From Myxococcota bacterium (GTDB lineage: Bacteria > Myxococcota_A > UBA9160 > UBA6930): a DNA stretch of 64,000 nt. A program made the position numbers and the translations under genes. Within the stretch, counting starts at the first letter, position 1. Each line of letters opens with the position of its first letter. Where the stretch lies: contig OZ245015.1 of assembly GCA_965223705.1 (NCBI GenBank), positions 3,776,001 to 3,840,000 of the forward strand, in the 5' to 3' direction. Shown here piece after piece: positions 57,621 to 64,000 of the stretch. The notes under the pieces are model-generated. The model did not search any database. It had not been told where the DNA came from and was given only the letters and a program-made list of their open reading frames with translations.

Positions 57621-58742
57621 TTGGCGACCGCAGAGACGGGCCCGTCGGGCCTGCGCACGATCGCGATCATCAATCAAAAAGGTGGCTGCGGGAAAACCAC
57701 AACCGCGGTCAACTTAGGGGGCGCGCTCGCGCAACTCGGGCGCAAGGTGTTGGTGGTCGACGTCGATCCTCAGGCCCACGCGACGCTCGCCTTGGGAGTC
57801 GATCCCGAAGAGATCGACGCCAATCTCTACGAAGTCCTCATCGACACGGAAGGCGCGGCAGAGCTTCCGGGCATCATTCGCCCGGTCTCCGACGGCCTCG
57901 ATTTGGCGCCCTCGGGCATCGTGATGACGGCGCTCGAGCAACGGCTGACGCTCGATCGGGCGGAAGATCGCTCGCTCAGGCTCGGCGCCGCCCTGGCCAC
58001 GATCGCTCGGCGATACGACATCGCGCTGATCGACTGCGCTCCGAACGTCGGGCTCCTCGCGATCAACGCCTTGCGTGCCGCGCAGGAAGTGATCGTCCCG
58101 GTCGAGCTCAGTTTCTTCGCACTACACGGCGTCGAGAAGCTTCTCGATACCGTGAGCTTGCTGGCGGAGCGAGCCGAACACTCCCTCCGCGTGCGGTTGC
58201 TAGCGACCTTGTTCGACGGTCGGACGCGCTACGCGCGGGAAGCCCTTGCGACGTTGCGCAAACGCTTCGGAGCCCTGTGCTTCGATACCGTGATCCGCCA
58301 AAACGTTCGGCTCCGGCAGGCGGCCGAAAAGGGTCAACCGATCGTCACCTGGTCCCCCCGATCGAACGGCGCGCTCGACTACAATGCGCTCGCGGTCGAA
58401 GTCACCGCCGACGAGATCAGCGAAGACCTGTTCACCGACACCTTCCTCGCCGAGCCGCCTCCTCGCGAGCCCGAACGCACGGTCGAAGTGCACTACCGCG
58501 ACGAGCGCGCGAGCGACGTGCGCATTGCGGGCGATTTCAACGGTTGGGTTCCGGACAAAGACGTCACGAGTCGGGTCCACTCCGAAGCCGGGGAACGCGT
58601 GTGGACCAAAGTGTTGACCCTGGCGCCGGGCACTTATCAGTACCGCTACGTCGTCGACGGGGAGTGGCGCGAAGATCCCGAGAATCCGCGAGGAATTCCC
58701 GGGCGCGTCGGCGGACGGATCTCGTTGCTCGTGGTCTCCTGA
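57621..58742 (+). CDS. ParA/Soj-family ATPase fused to a C-terminal glycogen-binding (CBM48/AMPK-beta-like) domain
   Basis: NQKGGCGKTT, DVDPQA, IDCAP, FDGRT, IRQNVRL; C-terminal V.IAGDFNGW...W...LAPGTYQYRYVVDGEW..DPENP. Confidence 0.9.
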   Translation: MATAETGPSGLRTIAIINQKGGCGKTTTAVNLGGALAQLGRKVLVVDVDPQAHATLALGVDPEEIDANLYEVLIDTEGAAELPGIIRPVSDGLDLAPSGIVMTALEQRLTLDRAEDRSLRLGAALATIARRYDIALIDCAPNVGLLAINALRAAQEVIVPVELSFFALHGVEKLLDTVSLLAERAEHSLRVRLLATLFDGRTRYAREALATLRKRFGALCFDTVIRQNVRLRQAAEKGQPIVTWSPRSNGALDYNALAVEVTADEISEDLFTDTFLAEPPPREPERTVEVHYRDERASDVRIAGDFNGWVPDKDVTSRVHSEAGERVWTKVLTLAPGTYQYRYVVDGEWREDPENPRGIPGRVGGRISLLVVS

Positions 58743-58767
58743 GGTCGAACCTCTCGGGTCGGGAACG

Positions 58768-59388
58768 ATGGCCAAGAAACTCGACGACGTCTTTGACCTC
58801 TTCGTCCCCGACACGGCTCGGGCGCGACCCGACACGCGAGACCCCTTAGCCATCGCTACCGCGGTTTCAGCGGGTGACCTCACCTGCGCAAACCTCAGCT
58901 GGAACACGGCCGCCAGCATCGCGCGATCCGGCCACTCCGTGACACTGTTCTGCGACAGCCCGACGACGAGCCCTGTGTGGCCGCGGGAAGAGACGCCGAG
59001 AGGTCTCTGCCTTCGAAGGGCGCCTCGCTCCGACGTGCGTCTCGCCGCCGAGATGGCGAGGGTCGATCGCGCGCAGGTCGTTTTCATCGCGCTTCCCTGG
59101 GCGCGACTCGCCCGCGCCGCTGCAAAGGGGCTGCGCCTTGATCTCTTTCTCCGGTTCGCCTGCGGGAACGCTGCGAAAGATGTCGCTCACACAGAGTGCG
59201 AACTGCCCGGCGTTCGCCAGATTCGGGTCTCGGTGGATCGAAGCGGCGGACGCGACGTCGACGCCATGTTGTGTCTCGACGATCTCTTTCGAGCCGTCGC
59301 CGTTCGCCGCGGCTTACCCGAGAACTGCGTTCTCTCTCGTCAGCTCGATGACCTGACACGCAAGCTCATCGAGAGCGCGCGCCTCTGA
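58768..59388 (+). CDS. Hypothetical protein, possibly a degenerate ParA/MinD-fold protein
   Basis: ATG 26 nt after the ParA-CBM stop; ANLSWNTAASIARSGHSVTLFCD resembles the post-Walker-A helix and strand, but there is no GKT. Confidence 0.55.
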   Translation: MAKKLDDVFDLFVPDTARARPDTRDPLAIATAVSAGDLTCANLSWNTAASIARSGHSVTLFCDSPTTSPVWPREETPRGLCLRRAPRSDVRLAAEMARVDRAQVVFIALPWARLARAAAKGLRLDLFLRFACGNAAKDVAHTECELPGVRQIRVSVDRSGGRDVDAMLCLDDLFRAVAVRRGLPENCVLSRQLDDLTRKLIESARL

Positions 59389-59546
59389 GTAACGGGCCTC
59401 CTGCGCGAAGCTTGCCGCTTCGCGATCCCTCACTGCGTCCACTCTGCCGCTAAGACGCCCGCAGTGACGCATTTCGACACCCGCGTGCCGCGTTTGGGCA
59501 CTTCCCAAGCATCGGGAGTTTTCCCGTTTTGCCCGGGGAGCCCCTC

Positions 59547-60131
59547 ATGCCCGCCTCGCAGCCGAGCCGCGACGACTACGACGCAAGCGACGATCGCTAC
59601 TGGGTCGCACGGCTGCGCGAAGGCGACCGAGCCGCATTCAACGAACTCTACGACCGTTATTTCCACCGTGTGTACGGCTTCGTCGATCGCCGCCTTCGCC
59701 ACACCCAAGACACCGAAGAAACCGTGCAAGAAGTGTTTGCCGCGGCGTTCTCCTCAATCCACACCTACCGGGGAGAAGCACCGTTCGGCGCGTGGCTCTT
59801 CGGTCTGGCGCGTCGTGTGATCGCCGGCCGGTTTCGCAAACGCGAACGGCCGACCGTTTCCTTGGATGGGGGAGAACCCCTGACCTCCGATTTCCCGAGC
59901 TCTGCCCACAGCATCGCGCCCGGGCCGGACGAGGCCTACGAGTTCGGCGAGCGGATTCGCCGTATGCAAGCCGTGGTCGAAGACGATCTCAGCGACGAAC
60001 AGTGGGAGATCTTCTCGCTTCACCACCTGGAACGGTTCTCGGTCCGCGACCTCGCGAAGCGGTTCGAGAAAAGCGAGCAGGCGGTGAAGTCGCATCTCTA
60101 CCGCGTCCGGAAAGCCCTTCTCGCGCGTTAG
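59547..60131 (+). CDS. ECF-type RNA polymerase sigma factor
   Basis: GDRAAFNELYDRY, DTEETVQEVF, FGAWLFGLAR, region 4 VKSHLYRVRK; GGGGAG SD. Confidence 0.9.
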   Translation: MPASQPSRDDYDASDDRYWVARLREGDRAAFNELYDRYFHRVYGFVDRRLRHTQDTEETVQEVFAAAFSSIHTYRGEAPFGAWLFGLARRVIAGRFRKRERPTVSLDGGEPLTSDFPSSAHSIAPGPDEAYEFGERIRRMQAVVEDDLSDEQWEIFSLHHLERFSVRDLAKRFEKSEQAVKSHLYRVRKALLAR

Positions 60132-60176
60132 CCCCGTCCTGTGGGCGCCCCCGGCCGCTCAGCTACCTTGCCCCTC

Positions 60177-60884
60177 GTGAGCGAAGAACTTCGAATGCCC
60201 TGGTTCGACCGTCTCGTCGATTCGGAGGGCACGACCCGACAAACCTTCGAGTGGAACAGCCGCGGCGGACGAGCGGTGGCCGACCTGATCTTGCCGATGG
60301 ACGCCGACAGGCCGCTACCGGTTGCGTTGTTGTGCGGCCCGGCCGGGCGAGCGCGCGACGATGCGTCTGTCACGAGAGACGCTCTCACCGTCGCACCGCT
60401 GGGCTACGCGGTGGTCGCGTTGGAACTGCCGCTCCACGGCGCGCGAGAGAACCCGAAGCTCTCTCCGCGCTTGCTTACGTCGCTCACGCCGGGCACGACG
60501 CGCAATCCGCTGGACGCCGAGCTATGGAGAGACCTCGCCAGGCAGACCCACTCGGACCTACGAGGTGCGCTCGACGTCTTGGCCGACCGACCGGAAGTCG
60601 ACACGACGAACGCATGCTGGATGGGCGTCGGTCTAGGCGCGGCCCTGGGTGCGGGGTTCGCTGCTGAAGACGAGCGCGTCCGGACGTGTGTGGTCGCCGA
60701 GTTGTCCGGTGGCGCTTACCCGGCGCCTATCGACCCGCTTGCGGCGGTTCGCGCGATGACGCCGCGACCTGTGCTCGTCTGCGGTGCCGAGCAGGCATTG
60801 GGCGATCACGTGACCTACACAGGTGAGAACACCCCACTGCGCGCTTCGGAGCCTGCTCTGCGGGCGTTTCTCGGCGGCAGCTAG
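60177..60884 (+). CDS. Alpha/beta-hydrolase-fold protein lacking the canonical nucleophile Ser
   Basis: GYAVVALELPLHGAR, DLRGALDVLADRPEVD, WMGVGLGA in place of GxSxG, PRPVL. Confidence 0.7.
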   Translation: MSEELRMPWFDRLVDSEGTTRQTFEWNSRGGRAVADLILPMDADRPLPVALLCGPAGRARDDASVTRDALTVAPLGYAVVALELPLHGARENPKLSPRLLTSLTPGTTRNPLDAELWRDLARQTHSDLRGALDVLADRPEVDTTNACWMGVGLGAALGAGFAAEDERVRTCVVAELSGGAYPAPIDPLAAVRAMTPRPVLVCGAEQALGDHVTYTGENTPLRASEPALRAFLGGS

Positions 60885-60947
60885 GCTAACGGCTCTCCGC
60901 AGGAACGTCGGCGGCAACGAGCTAACGGCTCTCCGCAGGAACGTCGG
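60885..60947. repeat. 27-bp direct repeat (period 36) duplicating the 3' end and stop of the cysZ-like gene
   Basis: GCTAACGGCTCTCCGCAGGAACGTCGG at 60885-60911 and 60921-60947. Confidence 0.95.
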
Positions 60948-61716
60948 GCTGGCGGCGCAGCACGAACAAGGTGCCGGCCACGACCAGCACCGGCGCGATC
61001 ACGAGGTTGACGAGCGGGATGGCCGACAACATCACACAGGCGCCGCCGAGTCCCAGGGCTCCGCTGCGGTGGCTTCGCACCCAACGGGCCTTGGCGGGGA
61101 AATCGAGTTCGCGGCGATCCAGCGAGTGGGCCGAGTAGTCGAGGGTCGCGAACAACGCGGTGACGATGGCCAGCGCGAACGGCGACAGCCAGGACGCGAT
61201 CGGCAAGAGAAACGACAGGACGAGAATCGATCCCCAGACGACGAGCAAGATCGCGAGCCTCGCCAAGGCTTCGAGAATGGCTCGACCGCCGTCGCGCAGA
61301 AGGATCCATACACCGCCCGGCGGCTCTGGCACCGCCCCGGCGACGTGCCGCTCCACCGCGGCGGAAAGCGCATCGCGAAACGGCGCAGCGAGCGCACCGC
61401 CGAGAAGAAGCGCAAAGAGCGCCGTCACCCCGAAAAGCAGGACCACGGCCAACGCGGTCACGAGTGCGGTCGCGAGTCGCACGGGACCCACGTAGATCCA
61501 TTGCCACACTTTGTCGGCCTCGAGCGCCGGCAGTGTTCCGTGTACGACCGATGCGATGTCGGATCCGTAGATGATCGCCAGAACGCACACGATGCCCACG
61601 AGAAGAAGCGAGAGGAGCGCGGGATAGAACGCCAGACGGCGCAGATGCCGTTCGCTTCGAAGCAGCTGAAACGCTTCGATCGGGAGGGCCGCTGCCGCCA
61701 GCGCATCGCCTAGCAT
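60922..61716 (-). CDS. EI24/CysZ-family membrane protein
   Basis: Multi-TM; AAPFRDALSAAVE, LDYS, IPLVNL..PV.V.AGT. Confidence 0.8.
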   Translation of the reverse strand: MLGDALAAAALPIEAFQLLRSERHLRRLAFYPALLSLLLVGIVCVLAIIYGSDIASVVHGTLPALEADKVWQWIYVGPVRLATALVTALAVVLLFGVTALFALLLGGALAAPFRDALSAAVERHVAGAVPEPPGGVWILLRDGGRAILEALARLAILLVVWGSILVLSFLLPIASWLSPFALAIVTALFATLDYSAHSLDRRELDFPAKARWVRSHRSGALGLGGACVMLSAIPLVNLVIAPVLVVAGTLFVLRRQPDVPAESR

Positions 61717-61726
61717 GAGTCGCCGG

Positions 61727-63073
61727 TCAAGAATCCGACGCCGCGCCGTCCATCCGCGCGAGCAAGCGATCGCGCTCGACTCTCATCCGCTCGGGATCTC
61801 GCGCTTCCAGGTTGAGGCGCAGCACGGGTTCCGTGTTGGACGGGCGCAGGTTGAACCACCAATCTTCGTAGCGGACGAGCAACCCGTCGAGTCGCGACAC
61901 TTCCGGCGCATCTCGGTGCTCCTCGGCGACGGCTTCGATGACGGCCTGGGGATCGTCGACGCTGCGATTGAGCTCCCCCGTCGCGCTGTATCGCCGCAGG
62001 GGGGCGATGAGCGAGGAGAGCGACGCTCCGCTTTCGAGGACATCGAGCAGACACACCACCGCGGCGACCGCATCGTCGGCGATCAGGCCGTTCGGAAAGC
62101 GGAAATAGAAGTGACCGGAGAGTTCCCCGGCGAACAGCGCACCGCTTTCCCGCATCTGCGCTTTGACGAAGGAATGCCCGACGCGACACATTTCGGCGAC
62201 GCCACCCGCCGCGCGAATTTCCTCGCCCGTCGCCCAGCTCGACCGGAGGTCGTAAAGCACGGTCTCGCCCGGACTCCGCGCCAGCAGCGCTCGTGCGAGA
62301 AGCCCGGTCGCGAGGTCACATGAGACGGCCTCGCCGTGTTCATCGACGAAAATCGCGCGATCCGCGTCTCCGTCGAACGCGACGCCGAGTTCGGCGCCCT
62401 CCGCAACGACCGCGCGCTGCAGGTCGACCAAATTCTCGGCGCGCAACGGATCCGCGGGATGGTTCGGGAACGTGCCGTCCGGCTCGTAGTAGAGACGCCG
62501 AACATCGAGGTCGAGACGCGCCAGGACCGGGTCGAGTGCGGCTGCCGCCATCCCGTTGCCCGCGTCGAAGACGATTCTCCGCCGCGTTCGCGGCGACGCG
62601 ATGGACAGCGCCTGATCGGCGTAGGTCTCCGCGACGTCTCGGTGGGCGACGGACCCGGCGGCGCGACCCGCGGGCGGATCGAGGTTCTCGTCCGCGAGCT
62701 TTTCGACCTCGCGCAGCCCACTCGCTTCGCCGATGGGAACCGCATTGGGGCCGCATATCTTGAACCCGTTGTACGCCGCAGGGTTGTGGGACGCGGTGAC
62801 CATGACGCCTCCCGCGGCACCGGTCGCGACCACGGCGTGGTACAGCATCGGCGTCGAGACCCAACCGATGTCGACGACGTCACGGCCCCATTCGGTGATG
62901 CCCCGCACCAAGGAGTCGCAGAGTTCGGGCGACGAGCTTCTCGCGTCGCGACCGATACACACCGGGCCGGCGTCCAAAAAACGAGCCACGGCCCGGCCGA
63001 TGCGGTGCGCGTCGGCGGCTCCGAGTTGTTCGGGAACCAGCCCTCGGATGTCATACGCTTTGAAAATGGTCAC
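61727..63073 (-). CDS. Phosphomannomutase/phosphoglucomutase
   Basis: IFKAYDIRG, TASHNP..YNGFK, FPNHPADP, FDGDADR, GELSGH, RPSNTEP. Confidence 0.95.
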   Translation of the reverse strand: MTIFKAYDIRGLVPEQLGAADAHRIGRAVARFLDAGPVCIGRDARSSSPELCDSLVRGITEWGRDVVDIGWVSTPMLYHAVVATGAAGGVMVTASHNPAAYNGFKICGPNAVPIGEASGLREVEKLADENLDPPAGRAAGSVAHRDVAETYADQALSIASPRTRRRIVFDAGNGMAAAALDPVLARLDLDVRRLYYEPDGTFPNHPADPLRAENLVDLQRAVVAEGAELGVAFDGDADRAIFVDEHGEAVSCDLATGLLARALLARSPGETVLYDLRSSWATGEEIRAAGGVAEMCRVGHSFVKAQMRESGALFAGELSGHFYFRFPNGLIADDAVAAVVCLLDVLESGASLSSLIAPLRRYSATGELNRSVDDPQAVIEAVAEEHRDAPEVSRLDGLLVRYEDWWFNLRPSNTEPVLRLNLEARDPERMRVERDRLLARMDGAASDS

Positions 63074-63183
63074 GTCCGGGAGGGTACCGGACCCCTTGGG
63101 GGTCGTCGCTTGACCGGAATAAGCGGTGGGGCGACTCTTCGCGAGCAACGAGAGGCGGCCGACGAGCCGACGGAGGAAGCACA

Positions 63184-63375
63184 GTGTTTGGTTTGGGACT
63201 TCCCGAAGTCGCGCTCATTCTCGGCATCTTGGTGCTGATCTTCGGCGCCAGGCGCCTCCCCGAAATCGGGTCGGGCATGGGCAAGGCCATCAAGAACTTC
63301 AAAGCCGGCGTCTCGGGCAAAGACGAGATCGACGTCACACCGAAGCCGGGCGACAACGACGCCCCGAAGAGCTAG
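63184..63375 (+). CDS. tatA: Twin-arginine translocase TatA/E subunit
   Basis: MFGLGLPE...LIFGARRLPEIG..MGKAIKNFK; GGAGG SD. Confidence 0.93.
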   Translation: MFGLGLPEVALILGILVLIFGARRLPEIGSGMGKAIKNFKAGVSGKDEIDVTPKPGDNDAPKS

Positions 63376-64000
63376 CCGGCGGCGGGAGTTCCGCCCGACG
63401 GGTCCTCGTCGAGTGTCGGAACCTCCGGAGTGACTTCGGGATCGGGTGGTGGCGGCGGCAGGGGATCCAGCGCGAAGCGAAGCCCCACCGCGTCCGGCAA
63501 GGCCTGCTGAAAGAAGCCGCGAACGGCGACGCGCTCGGAGGGTCTGAAGGTGCGGCGCCCGAGGTCGAGAGCCTGCCCCTCGACGTGACTCGCGTAGGCC
63601 ACGGGCTCGACCTGGCGAAGGTCCGCCGAGTCGTGGCGTGTCATTGCGGCGCTCGCCACAACGGTCCCCATCGCATCGACGACCTCGGCCCGCAGGACGC
63701 CGTCGAGCGTCGAGCCGCGTCCGGATTCGTTGCGCAGTTCGGCCGTCACGACGAAGGTGGGCCCTTTCCACAGGTTTTCGCTGCGAACGCCCTGGACCGA
63801 GGCGATCGTCACGTCACCGAATCGAAACTCGGGAATTTGTGTGTCTGGCGTGAGGTTGAACTGAACCCGTGGGTCGATACCGCCGCCGAGGGGCAAGGCT
63901 TGCCACACGGCGAACGCGGCGATCAAAGTCACCGCGAGCCAACTCACCACAGCTCCAACCGCCGCTACGGGTTTCCCACGATCGACGACGGGGACGTCCG
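63372..64000 (-). CDS. Partial membrane-anchored hypothetical protein (5' end lies outside the window)
   Basis: Frame is open to the window edge; TM segment followed by a beta-rich domain (VVTAELRNES) and a Pro-rich tail. Confidence 0.55.
   Translation of the reverse strand, partial: DVPVVDRGKPVAAVGAVVSWLAVTLIAAFAVWQALPLGGGIDPRVQFNLTPDTQIPEFRFGDVTIASVQGVRSENLWKGPTFVVTAELRNESGRGSTLDGVLRAEVVDAMGTVVASAAMTRHDSADLRQVEPVAYASHVEGQALDLGRRTFRPSERVAVRGFFQQALPDAVGLRFALDPLPPPPPDPEVTPEVPTLDEDPSGGTPAAG

Noticed and set aside
57621..58742. Chromosome or plasmid partition locus
   Set aside because: No parB, rep or recognisable parS nearby, and the ATPase carries a carbohydrate-binding domain.
60885..60947. 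27-bp repeat as a mini CRISPR array
   Set aside because: Only two copies, a 9-bp spacer, one copy is coding sequence, and there are no cas genes.

Overview
This is a high-GC (roughly two-thirds G+C by eye), gene-dense bacterial chromosomal segment of about 63 CDSs. It is most consistent with a Myxococcota/deltaproteobacteria-like organism (inference from the Ffh insertion, PEP-CTERM tail, Cys-type CcmE and long PlsB). In order: a carbamoyltransferase/SxtJ/SxtK-like/SGNH cassette; an 8-gene peptide ABC locus with two binding-protein/permease sets and one ATPase pair; a long minus-strand housekeeping run (LolB-like, TPR, iscS, erpA/iscA, tlyA, dxs, ispA, xseB, xseA, ctpA, envC, ftsX, ftsE, an unknown gene); mlaA; a PEP-CTERM lamin-tail protein with a propeller/TolC-half-like neighbour; F420 genes cofD-cofC-cofE; engB; an aminotransferase; a variant ccm operon; a Zn-ribbon orphan gene behind a strong promoter and a long structured leader; NUDIX, hisG, hisI, plsB, GNAT, biotin carrier; ffh; a LysM transglycosylase; metallophosphatase, rlmN, trmB, M48 protease and an archaeal-type 2-phosphoglycerate kinase; a ParA ATPase fused to a glycogen-binding domain, followed by a degenerate ParA/MinD-like gene and an ECF sigma factor; cysZ-like, phosphohexomutase, tatA and a partial gene. 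I saw no rRNA, tRNA, CRISPR array, transposase or phage gene. The best candidate for an undescribed system is the ParA-CBM48 locus (57.6-59.4 kb), a possible nucleoid-based glycogen-granule positioning system. All annotations come from motif recognition by eye; no database searches were run.
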